Of a DNA stretch of 64,000 nt, positions 37,325 through 51,100 are shown piece by piece (positions within the stretch are counted from its first letter, which is position 1; every line of letters starts with the position of its first letter). The stretch lies in assembly GCA_964187785.1 (NCBI GenBank), contig OZ076409.1, positions 61,134,001-61,198,000 of the forward strand. Reading direction: 5' to 3'. The notes under the pieces were generated by a model that saw nothing but the letters and a program-made list of their open reading frames with translations, did no database searches and was not told where the DNA came from. This DNA is from Amphiscolops sp. MND2022 (Eukaryota). The position numbers and the translations under genes were made by a program.

Positions 37325-37510
37325 AACAAGTTGTGCGATTAACACCTGGCGTTGCTAATTTACTTCCTTTTGAACAAGCTGTGCGATTAAAACCAGGCGT
37401 TGTTATTTTGCTTCGTTCTGAATAAGCTGTGCGATCAAACACCAGGCGTTGCCTTTTCACTTTGTTCTGGATAAGCTGTGCGATCAAACACCAGGCGTTG
37501 CTTTTTTACG
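37325..37510. repeat. About 49-bp repeat, 4 copies, with CACCAGGCGTTG core variant
   Basis: AAGCTGTGCGATCAAACACCAGGCGTTG units. Confidence 0.8.
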
Positions 37511-38436
37511 TCTTTCGTTTAACACCAGTGCTTTAAACAGAGCAAATAGGAATAAGACTAAAATAGAACCGTCCAATATCAAGGCGCTATGGCCGAGAGG
37601 TAAAATAGAATACTTTACTGCTGTAGAATGTCGGTTCGAATCTACTTAACACCGGGCGTTGCATTGCTTTTTTTTCAAATTGGATGCGTGAAACTTAGAG
37701 ATGTAATCTATCGAATGCTTGTAAAAATCCGAATCATGTCGTTTTCCCCCGATACACATTGTTTACAGTTTACATGACTAAAAAAGACAAAAAATCATAT
37801 CTTGCTTGCTAATGCCACCCCTTCCCCAGCCTACAAGATCCGAAACAACTACAAACTTTAATGTCCATCTAATTAAAATTAAAAAGTTTCTTTTGGCATA
37901 AACGGTCACAAAATGCTGAGACAGTTTTACCGGAAATATATTCCTTTCGTTACTAGTGTATGTGGATCAGACTTGTAATACAAAGACTTCGTACACCATC
38001 CGTGATTTTAGACCACCTCAAAAAATTTAAATAACCAATTCAACCTCAAACCGTCACAAGAGTGCAGAGGTATCGGCACTATCACATCAATTCAGTTTGA
38101 TGCTTTTCTTTAGTCGCCCAACCAGCAACAAATTCAACTACCGATTACCTAATTACCAAATAATTCAGGCTGAACAATTGAACAGACTAGCCTTATGTAT
38201 CATTGAGTAACGCGGTGTTGTGCTTTCATCGACTACATTCGATTAACATGAAGCAACTTAATTCTCTAATTGATAATATTCTACTATTGAACAAAGCTGT
38301 TATTTATGTCTTTCATTCTCGAAGGGAGGAAAACGCAATTATTTGTTATTTGCCAGGGTTTCCTATCGAATAATACATCCTTCATCAGGCTTTTGTTTTT
38401 CGGTACATTTTCTCTTTTCACTTATATATCTCGTAA

Positions 38437-38925
38437 TTGGTTTCTCCACTGGCTCATTCTTTCGTTCAGAGCTGTTTCAAATCAGTCAGTTCAGTTTCGT
38501 TTTCGACTCTCTCTCTCTCTTTCTCCCTGTGTGTGTGTGCCTATCTCAACCACGCTCTTTTTCTCTGTCAAGTATTCACTCTTTCCATCCAAATGTTTTG
38601 GTACCAAAAAGTGTATTTGCACCTCGAATGGACTCTGCCCAAAGAGATGCAGATCAACGGATTAGTTGACGTAATCATTACAAGATTCCGTTGGACCTAC
38701 GCAGACCATTCGGTGAAAATTTGCTACCGTTCCAAGTACTCGGGTCTAGTGTCACCCTCCCAGCCAAAATCCCGAAAATGCAAAGTGCGAATTGATCCAG
38801 AGTCACACAGTTTTTCAAGACTCTATGAAGTTCTTTGCTACCATGCCTTGGAAAACACTGACCCTGCGCTGGAAGACGCCGTGACCTACATGCAGCTGAT
38901 TTACCCACTATCAAGAGCAGCTTAA
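38437..38925 (+). CDS. Orphan cargo protein B (paralogue of A; true start uncertain, probably near 38592)
   Basis: IITRFRWTY..VKICY..IDPESHSFSRLYEVLCYHALENTDPALED aligns by eye with protein A. Confidence 0.6.
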   Translation: MVSPLAHSFVQSCFKSVSSVSFSTLSLSFSLCVCAYLNHALFLCQVFTLSIQMFWYQKVYLHLEWTLPKEMQINGLVDVIITRFRWTYADHSVKICYRSKYSGLVSPSQPKSRKCKVRIDPESHSFSRLYEVLCYHALENTDPALEDAVTYMQLIYPLSRAA

Positions 38926-41900
38926 AAACTTTCAATTTTCAAAAACAGTCTTATTTCTGAATTTGTTTTCTCGCTTCAACTATTTGGTTTCTCATTCTGT
39001 TGGTTGAATTGAATTTATAGAACACATACTTGGTTTTGGCACGAGATAAGTTGAGTGTTAATATAGACTACAAGGGTTATTGTGAATAGGTTACTAGAAC
39101 CGTAAGAAACTCAAGCAAGTTATCAACCAGTCAACTACTGCTGTTTGTAGCTACAAACATAGAAATTGACTGGCAGTAATAAACTAGAATTCTCAGTTAT
39201 ATAACGAAATTTATTCTCTTATTTATCTTGACCACCTGAATTTTCAGGAATTTTCGTTTGCTATATAGCATCTGTCTTTTCTAGTTATCTACAACGATTT
39301 TTAAAATTACAAAGCAAGTCAGTTGATCGAGCGAAATGTAAACTCAGTTTTCGTGAATCCGCACTTGGTAGGACATGAGGCCGTTTTTCAATAGCACAAG
39401 ACTTGCACTTAATACATGCGGTCGTAATTTTACTCGCACAAGGTCGGACCCGCACTTGGTAGGACATGAGACCTGTTTTTACTAGCACAAGGTCGAACTA
39501 ACAAAATGGCAAATGAAAAACCAAATTAGTTTTTGAAAAATAAAAATGAAAAGAGCTTCATCAAACATGAAATTAAAATTGTTTGGGAAAGTTGTCAAAA
39601 GCATTCAAAATCCAAAAGACTAACTGAAAATGTGTTAAAATTACTGACAAAAACGTGAGTTTAATTGTTTAACCGGGTATTCGGCTTTTCGTAATATATG
39701 AAAATAATTTCGCTATGTTGAATGGAACTAATTCCGTTTTTGTAATTTGCTCTTATATAGTATTCGCTACGTGAGTTTGGCGTTATTTGATTAACTTAAA
39801 ATTGCTGCTCTTTCAACCGAGTTAGTGTAGTAGTTAATCACGCTGTCAAGCTCATCATTTGTTAGCGGCAGCTCGTTACAGTATACGCAATTATATGTGT
39901 CTGAAGGTGAACCGGTAATTGCATTTGCGTGTTGTACGATGCTTGACACTATCTAATTCGGTTTTTTAAAGCCCCGAGAAAATCCTTACAGAGAATGTTT
40001 TCGGCATTCTTATTCCCAATGTTATTTGGAAATTCACCAATGTTTTCATTTTGGTTGTTTGACTCGGCTTAAAATAGCAACGCTCGGTGGTTCAGAATTA
40101 TAAGGTGGTTGGGAATTATAAAATGAAATCAAATACTCCCCAACTGGAACAACGTTTGAAACAATCAACTAGTTCCTTTGAATTAAATTCATCAAATTAG
40201 TTTATTGCTTGGAATACTGTAAGTCGGACTTAAACTTTCAAAAACCAAAACGTTATGCGCATTTGGAAAATCAGGCACATTCACAAATTTATTAATTATT
40301 TAATAATTATAATCAAACCCCCCCCCAACTGGAACAACAATGAAAATTTAAAACCTCGATTTTACCGAACGTTGAACTTTATTAGTTAATTCAGTTCGTT
40401 TTTTTGAAGTACAGTTAATATCAAATTATTGTTCGGTATACGTGAGAAGAATATAGAATTCGGTCTCTATATCTTGTTTTTGTATTGAAAAGGATTGCAG
40501 TTCTGGAGAATATTTTAAATGAAAAATAAATTGTTTTGAACAAGTAAAAGGAAAATGAACTATTGATCAAATTGATTTTTTAAAATACATGTACCAATCA
40601 AATACCCGCCCCCCCACCCCCTCAATAAAAATATCTTTGATTTACATTATTCATAAAATTTAATTTAGGATTCATTTATTCAGTTTACTTTTTGACAACT
40701 GTTCTTATAGAAACCAAAAGGCATAAAATCCAACCAGTTATTTCTTAAATCGGACCATGTCATCTATTTCCAAGGTACACCTTGTTGGGAAATTCTCCCT
40801 CCCCCCCAAACACTAAAGCTGTTTGATCTCTGTTCCTTGGATATAATCGAAAAAAAAAGAAAAAAATCACGAGCAGCGCAGTTCGGTAACTACTTTCTGA
40901 TTACATTCTTTATTCAACTCGATGTTCGGGTTTTGAAACCAAGTTTTGTTTGAAATGAAAGGAGGCTGAGTTTGTATTCCGAGCTGCCGCTCTTTTATTG
41001 GGAGTCAACTTTCTTGGTTTTGTCGACGAAAAAAGGAGTGCGGTGGAAATTCTACTAGTTGAACGATGCAGCGTCGTGCAAGCAATGTTTGTTTATGATT
41101 CTAACAAAGCGAGCTGCGGAGTTCAAAGCGGTGACTCATGTGACTCATCGCTTCTTCCAGCGCAGTCGCCATTCAATAGCCACTCTCTTTATCATTCAGT
41201 TGCGTTCGCTCTCTCAATCAAAATTTGAATACCTATCGTCTACTCGCCTATTCAAATCACAATATTTCCACCGATATCAGTGATGATCATTTTTCTTTTG
41301 GTTTCAATGTTTCAGTTTTCTCATTTGTTTCGAAAAGTGAAGTAAAGTTTTGAATTTTCTTTTCGACGATATAATGGTTGCACTCAAGGACGTACAAAAT
41401 TGTATTTAAAACTTTGTTTTCAAATTCAGAATTGAAAACTAAAAAAATGATCATCACTCATTCTTGGAACAAGATATGCCTTTACGCTGCACTCACTGCG
41501 CGAAGGAATTCCAAGCCAATCAGAAGTGGTTGTTCAGTCGCCATCAATCAAGATGCCTGGGTTAGTAAACAAAGATTTTGTACCAAATAACATAAGAGCA
41601 AATAACATAAAAGCGAATTTCTTTCCATTAAACGTAAAAATGAAATTAGTTTCAAAAAAAATCCAAATACCCGGTTAAACAATCGAACTCACTAAATTCT
41701 CATACTTTTTCAGTGAATGTCTTTTGCATTGTGAATGCTTTTGAACACTAAAACTTTCGGATCTTTTCTGTTAATTCCCCCACAGAGAAAATTATGAAAC
41801 ACCACCCCCCCCCCGTAACAGAGATGAGTTTCAGTTGCTGTTAGAGTTAAAAAAAGGTAGAGTAATATAGAGTAATAAAAACTGGGGGGAATTAAAACGG

Positions 41901-42594
41901 TAGGGGGGATTAACAAAAGATCCAAATTTTCTCGTAAACAATTTTATTTTCATGTTATTTGAAACTAATTCAATTTTTATGTTATTTGCTCTTGTGTTAT
42001 CTGGGAATTCACCGTAAACAAAAATTATTGAACAAACCATCCCCCTCACCGCCACCACCAAAAACAGTCAAAAACAGCTTGTGAAAAAAAATTGTACCTG
42101 GATTTAAATAAAATTGAAGGTTCTTGGTTTGCGTCCAAGCCTCTGTTGAAAATTGGAATGCTTGATCATTCATTTGCAGGGCTGTCCAAAAATTATTTCA
42201 TCAATCATCAATTTATCGATAAAAAATCAATCAAAATTTATCGATCGTAAAAATCAATCATCAATTTATTGATAAACTCATGAGATTGTGTTTTCCAAAT
42301 CAGTTCTCAGGTTTTCACACGATTCTGTTTTTAAGGCCAAAGAACACGAAAAGCTCAAATCATTTTCCGCTGCACTTGCCAACTATGTGGGTTAATTTGC
42401 GCAAGCACGACCAAATTGCAGCAGCATGTTGCTAAAAAGACTTGTCAGAAGCGACAAAAAGAAGCTGTGGAACAAGGAGTTACACCCAGTGAGTTTCCTT
42501 CACCGCCTCCAAGTAAGTTGTTTGCTTTTTCAATCTTTATTTTGTTAAATATTTTTTATTTTAATCTTGTTTTACTAGGCTCAGGTATTTTTCA

Positions 42595-43260
42595 AATCTC
42601 AAGGCGCAGTCAGTCTCAATTCCCAGCACCGGGCGTTGCTTTTTCCCGAAACTCAAGGTGTAGTCAGTCTCAATATCCAGAACCGGGCGTTTCTTTTTTC
42701 TTCGAATCTTAAGGCGCAGTAACAGTCTAGTTTGTTAGCACCGGGCGTTGTTTTTTTGTTCGAATTTTAAGGCACAGTCATAGTCTCAATTTCCAGTACC
42801 GGGCGTTGCTTTCTTCTTCGAATCTTAAGGCGCAATCATAGTCTCAATTTCCAATACCGGGCGTTGCTTTTTTCTTCGAATCTTAAGGCGCAGTAACAGT
42901 CTAGTTTGTTAGCACCGGGCGTTGCTTTTTTGTTCGAATTTTAAGGCACAGTCATAGTCTCAATTTCCTGTACCGGGCGTTGCTTTTTTCTTCGAATCTT
43001 AAGGCGCAGTAACAGTCTAGTTTGTTAGCACCGGGCGTTGCTTTTTTGTTCGAATTTCAAGGCACAGTCATAGTCTCAATTTCCAGTACCGGGTGTTGCT
43101 TTTTTTCTTCGAATCTTAAGGCGCAGTAACAGTCTAGTTTGTTAGCACCGGGCGTTGCTTTTTTGTTCAAATTTTAAGGCACAGTCATAGTCTCAATTTC
43201 CAGGACCGAGCGTTGTTCTTTTTTTCTAATCTTAAGTTGCAGTAACAGTCTAGTTTTCAA
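42595..43260. repeat. About 58-bp satellite, 11 copies of two mostly alternating subunits, ACCGGGCGTTG core
   Basis: TCTTAAGGCGCAGTAACAGTCTAG and TTTTAAGGCACAGTCATAGTCTC units alternate. Confidence 0.9.
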
Positions 43261-43415
43261 GACTTATGTTGTTTGCTATTTGGGAATTAACCTTTTTTAA
43301 AAGGTCTTCAATTACAGAAGCTTTCGTAGAACCTATGTATCGTTCTTGAAATAAGAGTAATCTCATTTCTTGTCTTCAGTTTCCAATTGTAGTTTATTTT
43401 CCTTTCCGTGACGCA

Positions 43416-43637
43416 CAGGGGCGGTGTTTGAAATTTCTCAACGGGGGGCATGTTAGTGCTGCTTAAAACGTTTGCAAGGCAATCAATGAAATTTCAACCC
43501 ACTATTCCTAACAGCAAGTTTGAAAATTTTGATCCCAAACATGGCTAAAAACCTAAAACAGAAGGGGGTTTCTTCCTTTGCTGTTTTTCAGGGTTAAATT
43601 CTGAACGAGGGCACCCCCTCGTGTAAAGTCATCACTG
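43416..43637. mobile_element. Possible hAT-type MITE (222 bp)
   Basis: CAG...CTG ends, near-identical 8-bp flanks GTGACGCA / GTGACGCT; TIR imperfect. Confidence 0.5.
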
Positions 43638-45309
43638 GTGACGCTGGACACTTGTGTATAGTTTTTTAGGAAAGGAGCAAAAAAGCATGAAATCAACTTT
43701 TGCACAACACATTTTGTGTTAATGTCCTATATGCGGTCGTAATTTTACTAGCACAAGGTCGGACCCGCACTTGGTAGGACATGAGACTTTTTTACCAGCA
43801 CAAGGTCGAACTAACATAATAGCAAATAAACTAAAGGTTTCAAATTAAAAAAATGAAATGCTTTTCAGGAAACAATAAAATTGTTTACGAGAAAGTTTTT
43901 GTGGTCAAAAGCATTCACAATTCAAAACACTCACTAAAAATGTATCAACATTAGAGACAAAATTCGTGAGCTAATTGTTTAACTGTATTCGGTTTTTTTA
44001 AATGTTTTTATGAAACTAATTTTGCTTTTTCGTTGAATGGGACTAATTTCGTTTCGTTATTTTCTCTTATATGCTATTTGGCACGTAATCTTGCATGATT
44101 AAGTTAAAACTGCTTCTCTTCAAACCGAGTTAGTGTAGTGGTTAATCACGCTGTCAAGTTCATCATTCGTTAGGGGAAGCTCGTTACAGTATACGCAATT
44201 GTATGTGTCTGAAGGTGAACCGATAATTGAGTTGCAAATGAGTGTTGAGAGCTGCTTGACACTAACTCAGTTTTTTTTAGTCCTGACAAAATCCTTTCGG
44301 CTAATGTTTTCATATTGGTTGTTCATTAAAATAGCAACGCTCAGTGGTTAAGAATTATAAGGTGGTTGGGAATTATATAATGCAGAAAATAATATTATCA
44401 ATTGGTTTGATCAAATCTCCCCAACTGGAACAACGTTTGAAACAACTAATTCTTTTGAACTAAATTCATGAAATTAGTTTATTGCTTGGAATGCTGTAAG
44501 TCGGACTTAAACTTTCAGAAATCAAAACGTTATGCGCATTTGGAAATTCATGCACATTCACAAATTATTATAATCAAACCCCCCCAACAGGAACATTGAA
44601 AAATTAAAACTTCGATTTTTTTGAACGTTGAACTTGACTTCATGATTAGATAACTCAGTTCATTTTTTGAAATACAGTTAATTTCAAATTATTGTTCGGT
44701 ATAGGAAGTTTTAGGAAGCTTTAGGAAGTTCTCGTCCCCTTAAAACTTGAAATATTCAAATTGACCCCGCAAACTGAAATAACATTAAATGCTTGATTTT
44801 ACTAAACAATGAAAAAAAATTGATTTGATTAAATTGATTTTTTTCAAATACATGTATCAAGATGGACAATATATTCAATATATTTTTGCTAGCCAATTTT
44901 CCAATCACAAAACGAAAGTGTCACAAAAGGTTGGGATAAAAATTGTTGCTTCCCTTTCAAATACAATCTTTTGACCAGATTCAACCAAGCGTTGTCCCGA
45001 GTGATATATGAAAACCATTATATCCCTTGGGTCAATATCCAGGTGATCTATGTTTAGCGTGTTTCCTGTAGAAACTTCAAAAATCAACAGTTGCTCTTTC
45101 CGTTCAAAGTTTAACGCCCAATAACAGTCTAGTTTCCCAGCACCGGGCGTTGCTTTTTGTTCAAATTTTGGGGCCGAATACCTTTCCAAATTTTTTCCAG
45201 CACCAGGAGTTGCATTTCTGCTTGGCTGTCCAAGTGTATAATAAACATCAGTTTGTTTAAAATTAATGCTTGTAAAACTAAATTAATTAAACTAACTTGT
45301 ATAAAAAGA

Positions 45310-48130
45310 AATGTAGAATGTTCGACCTTCGACTATGATTTTTACCCTCTTAGCAATTGAAAACCCAGCAGCACAGGTCGAACATGAACGACATTGCAGT
45401 TGCATGATCGTTTCTGCTTTAAAAAAATTTTGTTTTTACTCTATTTTCTTTTATTCAAAATTTTTCGAGAGAAAATCCTAACTGAGTCCTGGGTAGAAAA
45501 CATTTCGATAGTTTTTTTAAACTTGGTAGAACTCATTCCTTCTGTATGTGTGAAGAACATCATATACATAACAAAAACTTGGACGCTCTTACGGTTGGGC
45601 GCAATGCTCTTACTATATGAACACTACCTTATAGCAGGAGTATTGGCGACCAGACCAAATGTGTCACGTAAAATGATGTTTGTTTCGTTCTGGTCGGAAC
45701 GTTTTGTTACCGGAAGAGCAAGGGAGGGAACGATTCCTCGATTCATCGCTTTCAACATTTTCGAGCCCAAGACCCACTTGTGTGCTTCAATATAGTTCCA
45801 ATGAAATGAACACGGTGCAGTCTTAGTCTGAAATTGTAACGACCTTTTTATCAAATTGTCACAATACTTTTCATTAGATGAATGAAACCACATGAAGAAA
45901 TTCTGGTGGTTTGAACAAGCGTTTACGTTTATTTTTTGAGTCTGTTCTACTCGAAATAGGTTGTTACCTGTAGTAATGGTTGAAATCCTTTGTCGACTCC
46001 TCGTTCAACATTTTTGAGACCAAGACCTTCTCGCTTCATTCAAAAAAGTTCAATGAAAGAAGTCTGATTCAGTCTTCGTCAGAAAGTGTTACGTTATGTG
46101 TTTACAGAAGTCTTTCGTAGAACCTATGTATCATACTCGAGAAGAATCGCAATATCTGTTTTCTTGTCTTCCGTTTTCAAGTGTAAACAGTTCATTTTTC
46201 TTTCTTTCACGCGGGACTTTTCATTTTTCTAATCACAAAACGAAAGTGTCACGAAGGGTTCGGATAAAGTTGTTGCTCTTTCGAATGCAATTTTTTGACC
46301 TGATTCAACTAGACGTCGTCCCGATTGATATATGAAAACCATTATATCCCTTGGGTCAATGTCCAGGTGATCAACGTCGAGCATGTTTCCTTTAGTACCT
46401 CTCTGATAGAAACTTGAAAAATCAATATTGAAAACAAATAGGTTCTGAGAGCAAATTACATCGTAGTTGATACTTTGAATAAACTAAGTTTCTTTTAGGT
46501 AGACTCAGACTCTTATCACCAGACAGTCGTCCGTCTGAAGAGTCGTGACAACAAGGCGCGAAAATTTTCTATTTCCAGCACCGGGAGTTGCTATGTTTGT
46601 TCAACTCTTCAGGCACAATAACAAACTCGTTTTTCTAGCACCGGGCGTTACAATTTCCGTTCAAACTATAAGGCTCGATAACAGTCCAGTTTTCCAGCAC
46701 AGGGCATCGCTTTTCTAAATGAAAACAATACTGCGCAAAAACCCAATCTTTTCCGGCACCGGGCGTTGCTATTTTTGTCCAAATTTTAAGGCGGAATCAC
46801 ATTGACATTGTGTTTTTTTCAGCACCGGGCGTTGCTTTTCCTGAACGGTTGTTCGGTTACATAAAAACATCAATTTGTTTGAAATTAAACCTTGGTAACA
46901 TTTGAAAATGAAAGAAGGGCAAAACGCTGACGCGCGGTCCGGAAGTTTTACGAACACTCGTTAGGAAAATTGCTGTGATTTTGTTTTCCCCTAATTTTCA
47001 AACCTTTTTGTCCGAAAAGACCAAATGTCTTTTTGTGATAAAGGCGCCTATTTCAAAAGAAAATTTCTCAGCAATAAAATCTAATCAAAATTTTCTTTTC
47101 AAACATATTTCAAGTTTCGGGTGCTGCTTTTTCACTAGCTCTTTTTCAGATTAAAGTACAGTAAAGATGTAGTAATCACCAGCACCTCGCGTTGCTAGTT
47201 TGAAATGATTAAGGTGTCAAGTTTCAAATTGACGCTAGAATTCTCAAAAAATGCGATGCAATCAAGTCGAACCTCGTCAATTGGTTCCGAGCCCAATTTT
47301 TGTCGACATAAAATCACGAAATGAGATAAGCGATCACGAGATTCATTGTGTGCTGTGGTAATCACAATTAGGGGCAAAGGTCGAACTCCTGTAGAATGTT
47401 CGACCTTTCACTATGATTTTCACCCTTTCAGCAACTGAAAACTCAGCAGCATAGGTCGAACATGAACGCCACGGCAAGTGCGTGATCGTTTCTGCTAAAA
47501 AAGTTAGATTTTTTCCTCTTTTCCTTCATTTTTTCTTGATTTTCCCAAGAAATAAACCAAGTGGGTTCTGGAGAAAAAGTTTTTCGATAAAATTGTTACA
47601 ACTTCGTAGAACTCTTTCCATTTGTACGTATAAAGAATTTCAAATGAACATCGAACCTCGGACGCTCTTTTAGTTGGGTGCAATGCTCGGACTATATGAA
47701 CACTACACTATAGCAGGAGAGTTGCTTCTTAGATCAAATACGTCGCGTTGAGCATTTTTTTTCGTTCCTGCGCGGAAAATTGTGTTGAAGGAAGTAAGGG
47801 ATGGATCCTTTTCGAAGCCGGCACTTCCTTGTTTTGTTCAACATGGTTTCCTTGAAAGACACATGGTGCAGTTCTAATCTGCTCGACATGTTAAATTTTA
47901 ACATTTTGAAAGTTTGTTACAATGATTTGTTTTGGTTGAATGAATCCAGGTGAAGGAATTCTGGTAGTTTAATTGAGTGTTTGATGGTTTTTTTAATTTC
48001 TGCTCCACTCGAAAAACATTGTTACTGGTAGTAAAGTTGATATCGTTTCTCGATTCTTCGTTCAACATTTTTGGGACCAAGACGAAGTTCAATGAATGAA
48101 GTCTGATGCAGTCTTTGTCAGAAATTGTTA
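45310..48130. repeat. About 0.75-kb diverged direct duplication (45310-46090 and 47390-48130)
   Basis: Shared TGTAGAATGTTCGACCTT..CTATGATTTT, GGTCGAACATGAACG, GCAATGCTC..ACTATATGAACACTAC blocks. Confidence 0.75.
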
Positions 48131-51100
48131 TGCTGTGTTTTTAAATTTCAACCTGGACTGTTTTTTCCTGCAAGTGGTGGTTGGAAATACAGACTATTCT
48201 TCAATATTTTGAGAAAAAGATCCTGTGTTTCTGAAAAAGATTTCAATGAAAAACTCAGAAAGTGATTTTCGTCAAAAAGTGTTTCGATACTTCTTTTTTA
48301 ATTGAATACATAAAACGAAATTCAGGGAGATATGTTAGAATAACCTGTCTCTGGCATAGTTTGACAAGCCCTGTCCTGAATAATATATAAATAAATACCA
48401 ATATAGTATTCATGACAGTGGCTAGTTGAATTGTGTCGCGCTTGTTTTAACCTCATTTTTGTAGCACTGGGCGTTGCTTTTTCTTCGAGTTTTAAGGAAC
48501 AGTCTCATTCTCCAGCACCGGGTGTTGCACCGCATGAACAGTGACTAGATTACATCTAAGATTGATCGATAAACTTCGATTATAACCAACTTTTTTACTG
48601 GCACCAAGTCGAATATTGTAGCATTCTTTTTGGCTTCCGTTTGATTCCTTCGCATAACGAGTCTTATGTTTCAGAACGCCAAAAAGGTATCTTCGAGTGT
48701 GAATTTTGTGGCACGACAACGACTCGAAGTTTTGATCTAACGCGGCACAAGAAAATTACCATCTTGCTCCAGCCACAACCAGTACTTCCCAAACGGCGAC
48801 AACTTTCACGTTTTTGGAACAAAAGCCCACTACATCCTCTGGTGCAGTTGAGGAAAGTGCAAATCTTGTCGACCAAAGAGCAGTTTTGGAACCGTTTGTT
48901 CCAGAGACCCCAGAACGACGATCTCTCGCGGATGAGAGCCCTCCTTTCTCAAGTGACGAGTCGCTTCAATTTAAACTGGAAACCCTTGCTTCTCTTGGAG
49001 AGAGAAGTGAAGTCTCATCCGAAGAAACTCTTACGGGTGCTGAAGCGGTTGACGTTCAAGAGAGAGCTGAAGATTCAAAAAAAACACCTCCGAGGACAAC
49101 CGAAGTCGCGGTCGAGGAACAGCTGGAGACTGCCGTGGAGGGCGTCGCTTCTTACTCAACAAACTTCAGTTCGCTTCCCCCAATTGGAGTCAAAGTTGGT
49201 TCTGTGGAATTCCAGCAGCATGTGTTTGCAACAGCACCGCCTGCCACAAATGATTTTGATGTGCTGAATGTGGACGATATTAGATCCAAGTTTTGCAACG
49301 GGAGCCCTTCAAAACCTGTTGTTATACGCCAGTGTACCAACAAACTTCCTGGTATCGCAACTCCTCCTGGTGAAAGCTTGACGTCTTTTCGTTGTGTAAC
49401 AGAGGGAATTCCAGGGGAGGTCAAAATTAATGTCTGTTTCTCTTCGATTCAAGAAAATGAAGATGAATTCACTCTGGAGGAGTTTCTTGAGCACAATGAA
49501 GACCGCAGCCTTGAGCCTGAATATCATCCGATGAATGTGATTGACTTCAACGCGGATTCAAAGAGCGGGGTGGTCCACCGGTTTTGTTTGCCCAATATAG
49601 TGACGGACATTTCCTTTGGCCATTGCATGAAGAATTCTATGAGCCCCAAAAACCAGTTGGCATTTGATTCCACATCAGGAATTAGTGACTACCTGCTGAT
49701 GTCAGAAGCTGGAGCGCAAACTAACTGGCATCAGGACTTCACGGGCACATCCGTTTTCTACATTTTGGCAAAGGGCCAGAAACACTTCTTTGTTGTGGAG
49801 CCAACCGAGGAAAATCAAAAGCTTTTTGAGGAATGGCTTGCAAGCGGTAACAGAAAGTAAGTGAGACTTTATTCAAAGGCACATGATCAGGAGCTTTGCT
49901 TGCGGTATAAATGTTCTGAAAAATAGGTACAAATTCAAAAGTAATTTTTAGGTTTTTTCTTCAATTTTTAGAACGTTGGAGAAGCATCAATGATCGATTG
50001 CTTTTTCGTTCGAATCCCAAAAACACTCTCGTTTTCCATCACGGCGTTGCTTCTTCATCTTAAATATGAAGCCGCAATAATTAATTTTTTTCCAGCACCG
50101 GGCGTTCCTTTTTTATCTCAAATTTAGGTCGCAACAATTGTTACTTTTTTTCCAGCACCCAGCGTTGCTATTGATCGATGGTATTAATCTACCACCGATT
50201 TTTATATATGACAACTATGTGCGCGATGAACGAACGGTAGTGAATTTTAGATCCCTATGACCAATTCCTGGGTTAATTGTTGCTTCTTCAACATGCTCTC
50301 TGTTTCAGTTCATTCTTCTTCGACTTTCACCGGGACGTGACAACGCATCAGATAGTGCTAGAAAAGGGCGATTGTCTGTTCTTACCCAGTCAATGAATCC
50401 ATTTTGTGTTCACTCCGGAAGAGAGCGTGTCGTTTGGCTGTAACTTCATTATGGAGAAGCACATGTATCGGAGCGAACAAGGTTTCCAACCCTCCTTTGC
50501 ATTTCCTCACTTTGAAGCCTTGGTTGTCATATTCCTCTACAGAGAGTGGTCATATCGTCATCGTTCAGAGAGCACTGTCAGTAAAGTTGAGCTGAGGAAG
50601 ATGCTGGCTATCATCAAGGCTGACCAACGTAGACACCCCAAAGGAAAAGAGCCCTTCGAGAGCCCCTGGGAGGTTTTCCTCTACATGTACTGCGAATCCA
50701 CTTGGGACTTCCACTGGGACGAAATAGAATCTTGGGTCCAACAAAATTGAACAGAAAATGGGAGCGTGACTAGACCAATGAAAACTTTGGCTTTTCTTCA
50801 ATTCGAAGCTGACATTGATTTCTTGAGAACTGTTTGCTTTCAAAACTGACAACATTGGTTCAAAATTTTGTTCTTTCTTTTCTCGCTAAAACAATGAATC
50901 ACAGTATTTTGGCTCACTAATGTTTTTTCCGGATCAAAAGTAGACACCATAAATCCGCAAAGTATTAGATTTTCTCGATTGAATTTTCTCCTAGTAGCAA
51001 CACTGTGATTGAGCACATTTTTTCATTCTTCCTAAATTCTAAAACATAATCGAACGGTTTCAGTTGAACACTAAAAGGTTTACTCATTTATTATAATGTA

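Larger units (their letters stand above)
39416..44703. repeat. About 1-kb internal direct duplication (39416-40441 and 43729-44703)
   Basis: Collinear similarity from ATGCGGTCGTAATTTTACT to TCAAATTATTGTTCGGTATA; each copy starts with element-terminus-like motifs. Confidence 0.85.
42336..50750 (+). pseudogene. Zinc-finger plus JmjC histone demethylase-like gene (KDM2/KDM7/PHF8-type), disrupted
   Basis: Exons 48675-49856 and 50309-50750 (phase 2), probable upstream finger exon 42336-42512 (phase 1); YLLMSEAGAQTNWHQDFTGTSVFY..KGQKHF and LFLPSQ*IHFVFTPEESVSFGCNF; frameshift near 48753, TGA 50394. Confidence 0.82.

Noticed and set aside
39815..39850. tRNA-like 5' half (GTTAGTGTAGTAGTTAATCACG; related copy near 44125)
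   Set aside because: Only an A-box/D-arm-like piece; no T-arm or closing acceptor stem
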